Virus record (IMG/VR): IMGVR_UViG_3300031963_000604
Coordinates: 1-31,910 of that record
DNA length: 31,910 nucleotides
Direction: 5' to 3' (one strand)
Source of the DNA: a virus
Lineage: Duplodnaviria > Caudoviricetes
Shown: positions 20,093 to 28,379 of the stretch, in pieces
How the letters are laid out: every line of letters starts with the position of its first letter
Position numbering within the stretch: position 1 is the first letter of the stretch
Made by a program: the position numbers and the translations under genes
The notes under the pieces: model-generated
Seen by the model: the letters and a program-made list of their open reading frames with translations, nothing else
Databases searched by the model: none
What the model was told of the DNA's origin: nothing

Positions 20093-20515
20093 ATGTCAGA
20101 AAATTATGAGAGCATCGATAACGCTTTAAATATTAAAAGTGAAATCGTTAACGTAGAAAAGGAAACTCCCATTGTCAAGGTAGAAACTTCTAGCGATGGA
20201 GATATCAGAAAAGATTATGAATATACAAGAGCAAACTTATATTCTCTTATAGAAAAAGGGCAAGAGGCAATTAATGGAATAATGGAACTTGCCGCTGAAA
20301 GTGATCAACCAAGAGCATATGAAGTTGCAGGTCAATTAATTAAAAGTGTTGGAGATGTAACCGATAAACTTATTGATTTACAAAAGAAACTCAAAGATGT
20401 TGAAGAAGATGTGGTAAAAACACCAAACAATGTTACTAATAACGCAGTGTTTGTTGGTTCAACATCAGAACTGTCTAAACTCCTGAAACAAGGTTTTCTA
20501 AATAATAAAGAGTAA
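20093..20515 (+). CDS. gp16: Terminase small subunit gp16
   Basis: DYEYTRANL, PRAYEVAGQLIK and NNAVFVGSTSEL motifs. ATG at 20093 is preferred over the overlapping TTG at 20084. Confidence 0.93.
   Translation: MSENYESIDNALNIKSEIVNVEKETPIVKVETSSDGDIRKDYEYTRANLYSLIEKGQEAINGIMELAAESDQPRAYEVAGQLIKSVGDVTDKLIDLQKKLKDVEEDVVKTPNNVTNNAVFVGSTSELSKLLKQGFLNNKE
20497..20504 (+). promoter_or_regulatory. Late promoter variant TCTAAATA
   Basis: CTAAATA variant inside the last codons of gp16, 24 nt upstream of the ATG at 20529. Confidence 0.55.
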
Positions 20516-20528
20516 ACTTTTCTGGTGT

Positions 20529-22589
20529 ATGAGTTGGTCTAAGGATTACAAAAAATCAATAGACTGTAAAAATCCAAAGGGTTTTTCTCAAAAAGCACAT
20601 TGTGCTGCCAGAAAGAAAAGACAAAGAGGCGAAGAGACAAAATCAATGTCACCATTTAACGAAGATGTGCAAAGTGTAAAGAAGATTAAGTTCTCCAAAT
20701 TTACACACAAAACTCCCCATCTAAAAGGCAGTCAACACGTTTTAGATCCTAATGTGGATCTGAAGCAATTAGTTCATCATGCAACTGTTCAGTATCTAGA
20801 TCGTGATGCTGATGGTGATATTGATATCTACGATGCTGTTAGTAGAAAAACACCTGATGAAAATGTTATGAGTGCTCCTGGTGAAGCACAAAAAAGATCT
20901 CTTAAATTAATTGCTAAGCAAAAGGGTGAAATGTTGCATACAAAAAGAGGTTCAGCATTTGAAGGTGTTGAAATGAAATACTGCAAACTTTGTAGAAAAA
21001 TGGAGGCAAGAACCGAATGTTCTTATGGACCTACAATGTGGGATAAGTATTCGGTTGCATCTGTTCATCCTGCAAATGAACAGATGAGTTTTAATGTTGG
21101 TCCCCAAGGTCTCAAACAATCTCGAAGACAAGAAAAGATACGCCTTATAAGACAAGGAACAACTATTCCGAACGAAAAGTCTGCGGCACTTACAAAGGAA
21201 TCAAAAGTGTCTGATCACGAGTATTCAATGGCTCGTTCAGAACTCTCTACCATTGTTAATGGTGCAAAAAGACTTCAGAAAAAAATGAAGAAGGGTGAAG
21301 GTGAGATTGAGGCTTGGGTTCAATCAAAAATCACAAAGGCGGCAGACTATATTGATTCAGCAGCAGATTATGTTGATAGTGGTGAAATGAATAAAGAAGA
21401 AGTAGAGATATTGGAAGGAAAGAGAGATGGTAAATCTGCAAAGGATCCTGGTTATTCTTTAAAGGATTGGTTCAAAGGTGGCGGATGGGTTCAGGCAGGT
21501 GGTGAGTATGATGGAAAACCTTGCGCCAAGCAACCTGGACAGAAGACCAAACCATTCTGTCGGGATGCCGATGATAGAGCATCGATGAGTAAAGAAGAAA
21601 GAAATAGAAGAGCAGCAAAAAAACGTAAAGAAGATCCAAATCCAAATAGAAGTGGAAAAGCAAATTTTGTAACTGCTGAACAAGTTGATGCTACAAAGTA
21701 TGGAGGTCCAGATAAACTTCTCCAAAGATTAATACCAAAAGGAGAAAAAATTATTCCATCAACTCCTAAAAAATCGGCAAATGTTGATAAAGCACATTTT
21801 GAACCACAAGGTCAACAACTCGATGAATTGTGGGGAAAAGTTGCTCTTGGTGCAGGAGCAGCATTTATTCCATATCTCTTGAAAAAATTTGCGAAACCTG
21901 CTGTTGATAAAGCAATTGATGCGCCAGCAACTGGATCTGGAACTTTAGTTGATAAGTTAAAGCAAAAAAGAGATACCATCAATCAGATGAATTCTTATGA
22001 ATTGCAAGGTGAAGTCATTGATGAAGCAGGCAAAAAATGCTGGAAAGGATATAAGAAAGCAGGAACTCAAACACTCTTTGGAAAAACTTATAATCGTTGC
22101 GTAAAAGAAGAAGTTTGTCCTGTTTGTGGATATGATCCTTGCGAATGTTTAGAAGGATCTCTTCAAGAGAAAAAGGATGCTTGCTATCATAAAGTAAAGT
22201 CACGATATAAAGTTTGGCCAAGTGCATATGCATCTGGTGCATTAGTTAAGTGTCGTAAAGTTGGGGCAGATAGTTGGGGAACTAAATCAGAAGGATTTTC
22301 TGATTGGAGAAGTGAACTCGGATTAAATGAAGACTGGCAGAAAGTTAATCGTCAAGATAAGACTGATGGATTAAGCCAAAAAGCAGTAAATGCTTATCGT
22401 CGTGAGAATCCAGGTTCAAAACTTCAAACTGCGGTAACTGAAAAGAAACCAAAAGGTAAAAGAGCAAAGCGTCGTGCTAACTTCTGCCGACGTATGAAGG
22501 GGATGAAGTCTAAACTGACTTCTACAAAAACTGCAAGGGATCCAGATTCGAGAATTAACAAAGCACTACGTCGTTGGAGGTGCAACTAA
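20529..22589 (+). CDS. Modular basic protein; putative internal head polyprotein (686 aa)
   Basis: Long ORF made of short Lys/Arg-rich, Cys-paired modules separated by acidic linkers ending in ILE, LDE, IDE, LQE and LNE. Includes an EF-hand-like loop. The CDS is certain; the function is inferred. Confidence 0.7.
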   Translation: MSWSKDYKKSIDCKNPKGFSQKAHCAARKKRQRGEETKSMSPFNEDVQSVKKIKFSKFTHKTPHLKGSQHVLDPNVDLKQLVHHATVQYLDRDADGDIDIYDAVSRKTPDENVMSAPGEAQKRSLKLIAKQKGEMLHTKRGSAFEGVEMKYCKLCRKMEARTECSYGPTMWDKYSVASVHPANEQMSFNVGPQGLKQSRRQEKIRLIRQGTTIPNEKSAALTKESKVSDHEYSMARSELSTIVNGAKRLQKKMKKGEGEIEAWVQSKITKAADYIDSAADYVDSGEMNKEEVEILEGKRDGKSAKDPGYSLKDWFKGGGWVQAGGEYDGKPCAKQPGQKTKPFCRDADDRASMSKEERNRRAAKKRKEDPNPNRSGKANFVTAEQVDATKYGGPDKLLQRLIPKGEKIIPSTPKKSANVDKAHFEPQGQQLDELWGKVALGAGAAFIPYLLKKFAKPAVDKAIDAPATGSGTLVDKLKQKRDTINQMNSYELQGEVIDEAGKKCWKGYKKAGTQTLFGKTYNRCVKEEVCPVCGYDPCECLEGSLQEKKDACYHKVKSRYKVWPSAYASGALVKCRKVGADSWGTKSEGFSDWRSELGLNEDWQKVNRQDKTDGLSQKAVNAYRRENPGSKLQTAVTEKKPKGKRAKRRANFCRRMKGMKSKLTSTKTARDPDSRINKALRRWRCN

Positions 22590-22897
22590 TGAAAAGTTTT
22601 CAACAGTTTCTATCAGAAAGTATCACTATTAATGGGGATTTTAACGGAACTCTCAATGTAGGTGGTTCTCAACCAGAACAATCAAAAGAATCTTACGTTG
22701 CCGATGTAGTTTGGGAGGGAAAGATATATAGATTGGAAATAGAAGGATCTATGCTTTCTAAGAATGAATTAGCAGAACAACTTCAAGGAAAATATCCTGG
22801 TGCTGTTGTTCATAACATTTATCCTACAATATCAAGTTCTTTAAATATTAAAAGTTCGCAAAGGTATAGACCAGAAAGATTATCGTGGAGTGATTAA
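22589..22897 (+). CDS. Putative internal head protein with capsid-targeting-like N-terminus (102 aa)
   Basis: ATG at 22589 overlaps the upstream stop (TAATG). Begins MKSFQQFLSE, resembling the T4 IP capsid targeting sequence MKTYQEFIAE. Confidence 0.72.
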   Translation: MKSFQQFLSESITINGDFNGTLNVGGSQPEQSKESYVADVVWEGKIYRLEIEGSMLSKNELAEQLQGKYPGAVVHNIYPTISSSLNIKSSQRYRPERLSWSD

Positions 22898-24171
22898 TGG
22901 CTCAGTGGAATAAGAAAACCCAGGACTTTCTAGATCAAGAAAGAAGTCTCTTTGAGGTTTTTAATATCGCAGATCATTGGGGAAACCAGACGGACTGGAG
23001 ACCTCAATTTACTAATAACAATCGTCTAAAAATTGCCCCATTCCAAACAGTCTTCTTCAACACTTTCCAGTATGGCAAAGAGACTGATGTATGGGATGAG
23101 AGAGTAGTTGGAGTTGGAACTGCAACTCATAATGTAGCATCAAGCAATATCATAATGGAAGTTGGTTCTACTGCTGGAAGTAAAGTCATTCGTCAAACCA
23201 AACAGGTAATGAGATACATTCCTGGCAGAGGTGCAACTCTCGCATTTGCAATTCGTCTTGATACCCCACAAGTCGGTATTCGTAGAAGATTTGGATTGTT
23301 TGACGATTATAATGGTGCCTACTTTGAGGATGATGGAGGAACATATTCATATGTAATTCGCAGCAGCACATCAGGAATTGTTACAGAAAGAAGAGTAACC
23401 AGAGAAGATTGGAATGGTGAAAAGTTTGATGGTAATGGGTACACAGGAGTGACTGCTGACGCAACAAAACAACAGATGATTTCCATCAACTATGAATGGT
23501 ATGGTGCGGGTATCGTTCAGTTCAATTGGTTGATGAAGAATGAAACCATTCATAGTCATACTTTTGATAACTCAAATACTAATGATAAAGTTTGGTGTTC
23601 TACTCCATTTTTACCAATCAGAGTTGAAATAGAAAATGTAACAGGTGTTGCAGGAACTCATTACATCTATCAAGGTTCCAATTCTCTTATTCAGGAAGGA
23701 GAACCAGAAAAACTTGGAACACTTGTAAGTATCGCAAATCCCATTACAGGGACAACAATGACTGCTGCAAACACATTTTATCCAATTGTAAGTATTCGTT
23801 TAAAGTCTAATCAACTATCTGCGGTGATGCTTTTGAGGTCATTGCAAGCAGCAACGAATGATAATACAAATGTCTATTGGAAACTTCTTGAGAATGCAAC
23901 AAATACAGGTGGAACTTGGGTAGACCATCCAGATCCAAACTCTTTTATGCAATATAATATTACTCAAACTGCAACGACTGGTGGAACTACTTTATTGAAT
24001 GGATTTGTTGTTGGTGGTGGTGCAGCATTGATTAATATTGATGATAAGGCAGCACTCCAATTAGGTAGAAGTGGTATTGGAACAATTAGTGATACTTATA
24101 CTCTTGCTTGTGCTAGTCCCAATACTAACAAAGCAGCACTTGCGGTTCTGAACTGGATTGAACAGAGGTAA
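22897..24171 (+). CDS. Beta-rich hypothetical protein, possibly a lectin-like virion protein (424 aa)
   Basis: TAATG-coupled long ORF; alternating beta-strand pattern with aromatic motifs (RYIPG, YEWYGAG). Confidence 0.65.
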   Translation: MAQWNKKTQDFLDQERSLFEVFNIADHWGNQTDWRPQFTNNNRLKIAPFQTVFFNTFQYGKETDVWDERVVGVGTATHNVASSNIIMEVGSTAGSKVIRQTKQVMRYIPGRGATLAFAIRLDTPQVGIRRRFGLFDDYNGAYFEDDGGTYSYVIRSSTSGIVTERRVTREDWNGEKFDGNGYTGVTADATKQQMISINYEWYGAGIVQFNWLMKNETIHSHTFDNSNTNDKVWCSTPFLPIRVEIENVTGVAGTHYIYQGSNSLIQEGEPEKLGTLVSIANPITGTTMTAANTFYPIVSIRLKSNQLSAVMLLRSLQAATNDNTNVYWKLLENATNTGGTWVDHPDPNSFMQYNITQTATTGGTTLLNGFVVGGGAALINIDDKAALQLGRSGIGTISDTYTLACASPNTNKAALAVLNWIEQR

Positions 24172-24177
24172 TTAATT

Positions 24178-25863
24178 ATGAGTGAAGTTTATCTTGGTAA
24201 TCCAAACCTTAAGAAGGCAAATACGCAGATTGAATTTACAGAAGAACAAATCATTGAGTTCTTAAAGTGTAAAGAAGATCCTGTATATTTTGCAAGAAAT
24301 TATATTAAGATCGTGTCTCTTGATCACGGTCTTGTTCCTTTTGAGATGTACCCATTTCAAGAGAAGTTGATTGAAAACTTCCACAAGAACAGATTTAACA
24401 TCTGCAAGATGCCTCGTCAGACAGGTAAATCTACAACTTGTGTTTCATATTTGTTACATTATGCAGTATTCAACGACAACGTTAATATAGCTATCCTAGC
24501 GAACAAAGCATCTACTGCAAGGGACCTACTTGGAAGATTACAACTTGCTTATGAAAACTTACCCAAGTGGATGCAACAAGGTATTATATCTTGGAACAAG
24601 GGTTCTCTGGAACTAGAAAATGGGTCAAAAATTTCATCAAACTCTACTTCTTCATCTGCTGTCAGAGGCGGATCCTATAATGTCATCTTTTTGGACGAAT
24701 TCGCGTTCATTCCAAATCACATTGCTGATGACTTCTTTGCCTCTGTTTATCCTACTATTTCTTCTGGCCAAAGCACGAAGGTAATCATCGTTTCAACGCC
24801 ACGCGGTATGAATCACTTCTACCGTATGTGGCACGACTCTGAGCGTGGAAAGAACGAATATGTTCCTACTGATGTTCACTGGTCGGAAGTTCCTGGAAGA
24901 GACGAAGCGTGGAAAGAACAGACAATTTCCAACACTTCCGAACAACAATTCAAAGTTGAGTTTGAATGTGAATTTTTAGGTTCGGTTAATACCCTAATCA
25001 ATCCATCAAAACTCAGAAATCTTGTCTATGAAGATCCTATAAAGAGAAATGCTGGATTAGACATTTATCAAAATCCGATAGAGGAAAATAATTATCTGAT
25101 CACAGTTGACGTTGCTCGCGGATTGGGCAATGATTACTCAGCATTTATTGTTTTCGATATTACCCAGTTTCCATATAAAGTTGTTGCGAAATATAGAAAT
25201 AATGAAATTAAACCGATGCTATTTCCTAGCATCATTCATGAAGTTGCAAAAGCATACAATGATGCTTGGTTATTAATTGAGGTCAATGATATTGGCGATC
25301 AAGTTGCAAGTATCCTTCACTTTGATCTTGAGTATGATAATGTTCTAATGTGTGCTATGAGGGGGCGTGCGGGTCAAATTGTGGGATCTGGATTTAGTGG
25401 AAAGAAGTCACAATTGGGAGTGAGAATGACTTCCGCTGTGAAAAAGTTGGGATGCTCTAACTTAAAAACCCTATTAGAAGATGATAAGTTACTGACTGTT
25501 GATTATGACATTATATCAGAACTTACAACATTTGCACAGAGGCATAATTCTTTTGAAGCAGAAGAAGGATGTAATGATGACTTGGCAATGTGTCTTGTTA
25601 TATTCTCTTGGTTAGTTGCACAAGACTACTTCAAGGAAATGACGGACAATGATGTTCGCAAGAGAATCTATGAAGAGCAAAAAAATCAGATTGAGCAGGA
25701 TATGGCACCATTTGGATTTATTCTGGATGGACTAGATGATGAAATTTTTATAGATGAAAAAACAGGAGACAGATGGATGTCTACTACATCAAAAAATAGT
25801 AACCTCGAGGTTTGGAATTTAGACGAATACGGCGATAGATCTTATATGTGGGATTATCGTTGA
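24178..25863 (+). CDS. gp17: Terminase large subunit gp17
   Basis: YLGNPNLK N-terminus, adenine-binding YPFQ, Walker A PRQTGKST, Walker B VIFLDE, motif III STPRG, and nuclease residues VDVARG and DDLAM. Confidence 0.97.
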   Translation: MSEVYLGNPNLKKANTQIEFTEEQIIEFLKCKEDPVYFARNYIKIVSLDHGLVPFEMYPFQEKLIENFHKNRFNICKMPRQTGKSTTCVSYLLHYAVFNDNVNIAILANKASTARDLLGRLQLAYENLPKWMQQGIISWNKGSLELENGSKISSNSTSSSAVRGGSYNVIFLDEFAFIPNHIADDFFASVYPTISSGQSTKVIIVSTPRGMNHFYRMWHDSERGKNEYVPTDVHWSEVPGRDEAWKEQTISNTSEQQFKVEFECEFLGSVNTLINPSKLRNLVYEDPIKRNAGLDIYQNPIEENNYLITVDVARGLGNDYSAFIVFDITQFPYKVVAKYRNNEIKPMLFPSIIHEVAKAYNDAWLLIEVNDIGDQVASILHFDLEYDNVLMCAMRGRAGQIVGSGFSGKKSQLGVRMTSAVKKLGCSNLKTLLEDDKLLTVDYDIISELTTFAQRHNSFEAEEGCNDDLAMCLVIFSWLVAQDYFKEMTDNDVRKRIYEEQKNQIEQDMAPFGFILDGLDDEIFIDEKTGDRWMSTTSKNSNLEVWNLDEYGDRSYMWDYR

Positions 25864-26105
25864 TGGATTTTGATGCTGACATAGAAGATCAACTTAATAC
25901 ACAACATTTACTCTTTTTAGAAAGACAATGCAGAGTCTGCAAAAGAACTAAAAGTCTCATAGATGACTTTTATCTTACTAGAAAAGGAAGAGGTATTTTC
26001 CCATCAGCATACTCATATGAATGCAAAGATTGCACTAAAAAAAGAATTAAAGATAAAAGAGGATGTGGAGTTGGACACATAAACTGGGAATATCCTGACT
26101 GGTAG
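25863..26105 (+). CDS. Small Zn-finger protein (80 aa)
   Basis: ATG at 25863 overlaps the gp17 stop (TGATG). CRVC...F(Y)...CKDC pattern; ends EYPDW followed by TAG TAA. Confidence 0.78.
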   Translation: MDFDADIEDQLNTQHLLFLERQCRVCKRTKSLIDDFYLTRKGRGIFPSAYSYECKDCTKKRIKDKRGCGVGHINWEYPDW

Positions 26106-26146
26106 TAATGTTCACGCATTGTTTCCCCAATGAAAATAGGCTTTTT

Positions 26147-26154
26147 CATAAATA
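26147..26154 (+). promoter_or_regulatory. Late promoter CATAAATA
   Basis: NATAAATA match in the largest intergenic gap, upstream of gp18; GGAG RBS at 26180-26183. Confidence 0.75.
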
Positions 26155-26190
26155 TTTTTAGATTAATTCTGGATAGTACGGAGAATTAAG

Positions 26191-28359
26191 ATGCCTCTAA
26201 ATTTAGCATCTCCTGGAATTGTAGTAAGAGAGGTTGACTTAACTATTGGTAGAGTTGATCCAGTCTCTGGATCAGTTGCAGCATTGGTAGCTCCTTTTGC
26301 AAAGGGACCTGTTGACCTACCTCAGTTAGTAGAGAATGAAAATGATCTCTACCAAACTTTTGGACAACCATATTCCACCGATAAGCATTATGAGCATTGG
26401 ATGGTAGCATCCTCATATCTTGCGTATGGTGGTGTACTGAGAGTTTCTAGAGCAGATGATTCTGGTCTAACAAATTCTTTTGTCGGTGCAGGTTCTAGTG
26501 TTAAAATTAAAAGTGAAGATCATTATGTTCAACTTGGATATGATGAAAACATCATTCCAAATATAACTTTTGCTGCAAAAAATCCTGGAACTTGGGCAAA
26601 TGGTATCAAAGTTGCATTAATTGATGCCAAAGCCGATCAAATCCTAACTGGTATTACTACCACCAATATTCAAGTTGGTTATGGATTTACTGTTTCCGTT
26701 CCAGCTGGAACAACCCTCCCAGGTGTAGGATCGACTTCACTTCTTGGTGGATATTATAAAGGTGTTATTACCGAAATTGGAACTTCTCAAATCTCAACCA
26801 AACTGGTAAGTGTAGTTTCAGCTGCTGGAACTGAAACCACAGTTGACTATCAACAAAATGGAGTTTATGCACTGCCACAAACTGGAGCAGTTGCAATTCA
26901 CACAAATGGTGTTGGATCTGCTTTCACATCAAGATCCTATTCTGGCGAATTAGATTGGTTCGAACAGCAAAGTATTACTCTTAGTGTAGGCACTATTGAG
27001 TGGGACTCTATTTCAAATAGACCATCAACTTCTTCATTTGTTGCTGGAAGAGGTGGTAGATTTGATGAAGTTCATGTTATTGTAATTGATGATCTCGGAA
27101 CAATTACTGGAAATGCTGGAAGCATCCTTGAAAAGCATCTGAATCTTTCAAAAGCAACTGATGCAGAGTACTCCGTAGGAAGTCCTTCTTATTGGAGAAA
27201 ATATCTTGAAACAAATTCAAAATATGTATTTGGTGGATCACAACCAGTTGGTGTTGTTACAACAGGATTTAGTGGAAATGGTTCTGCACAATTTGAATTA
27301 AATACTGATACTGGTTGGGATCAGGATGCTGCAAATGTAATTTTTGCTGGATCCGGATCAAATACCTATACTCTTGCTGGTGGAAAAAATTATGGAGGAA
27401 AAACTGATCTGACAACATCAGGAGCACTTTATTCAGGTCTAGATGATATCGTCAGTGGATATACAATCTTTGAAAATACCGAAGAATATGAAGTTGACTT
27501 TATTTTGATGGGATCTGCAAATTATCCCAAAGAGCAGGCACAAGCACTTGCAAATAAAGTTATTTCTGTTGCTGAGGCAAGAAAAGATTCGATTGCATTT
27601 ATTTCACCATACAGACAAGCATTCTTAAATGATTCTTCTGTTGGAACAGTAACTGTAAATAATATTGATACAATCACTGACAATATTGTAAGTTTTTACG
27701 CACCAGTTGCATCATCAACTTATGGAATTTTTGATAGTGGTTATAAGTACATGTATGATAGGTTTAATGACACATTTAGATACGTTCCCCTTAATGGTGA
27801 CATTGCTGGTACTTGTGCAAGAACTGATATTCAACAGTTCCCATGGTTCTCTCCAGCAGGAACTTCAAGAGGATCAATTTTGAATGCGGTTAAACTAGCA
27901 TATAATCCAGGAAAGAGACAGAGAGATATTCTGTATTCGAACAGAATTAATTCCGTTATCTTCTCTCCTGGTGCTGGAATTATTCTCTTCGGAGATAAAA
28001 CTGCATTTGGAAAATCCTCGGCGTTTGATAGAATTAATGTTCGCAGACTTTTCATCTACCTCGAAGATGCAATTTCTGCTGCTGCGAAAGACATCTTGTT
28101 TGAGTTCAATGATGAAATTACAAGAACAAACTTTGTAAATATTGTTGAACCATTCCTCCGCGATGTTCAGTCTAAGAGAGGTATTTTTGATTACGTTGTT
28201 ATTTGTGATGAAACAAATAACACAGCAGCAGTTATTGATGCCAATGAATTTGTTGCAGACATCTACATTAAACCAGCAAGATCGATCAACTTCATCGGTC
28301 TAACTTTTGTTGCCACCAGAACTGGTGTTGCTTTTGAAGAAGTAATCGGTTCCGTTTAA
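26191..28359 (+). CDS. gp18: Tail sheath protein gp18
   Basis: SPGIVVREVDLT, PFAKGP, PWFSPAG..RG, LFGDKT, AFDRINVRRLF, FEFND..TR and IKPARSINFI motifs. Confidence 0.97.
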   Translation: MPLNLASPGIVVREVDLTIGRVDPVSGSVAALVAPFAKGPVDLPQLVENENDLYQTFGQPYSTDKHYEHWMVASSYLAYGGVLRVSRADDSGLTNSFVGAGSSVKIKSEDHYVQLGYDENIIPNITFAAKNPGTWANGIKVALIDAKADQILTGITTTNIQVGYGFTVSVPAGTTLPGVGSTSLLGGYYKGVITEIGTSQISTKLVSVVSAAGTETTVDYQQNGVYALPQTGAVAIHTNGVGSAFTSRSYSGELDWFEQQSITLSVGTIEWDSISNRPSTSSFVAGRGGRFDEVHVIVIDDLGTITGNAGSILEKHLNLSKATDAEYSVGSPSYWRKYLETNSKYVFGGSQPVGVVTTGFSGNGSAQFELNTDTGWDQDAANVIFAGSGSNTYTLAGGKNYGGKTDLTTSGALYSGLDDIVSGYTIFENTEEYEVDFILMGSANYPKEQAQALANKVISVAEARKDSIAFISPYRQAFLNDSSVGTVTVNNIDTITDNIVSFYAPVASSTYGIFDSGYKYMYDRFNDTFRYVPLNGDIAGTCARTDIQQFPWFSPAGTSRGSILNAVKLAYNPGKRQRDILYSNRINSVIFSPGAGIILFGDKTAFGKSSAFDRINVRRLFIYLEDAISAAAKDILFEFNDEITRTNFVNIVEPFLRDVQSKRGIFDYVVICDETNNTAAVIDANEFVADIYIKPARSINFIGLTFVATRTGVAFEEVIGSV

Positions 28360-28379
28360 TTCACTAGAGGTTAAAAACC

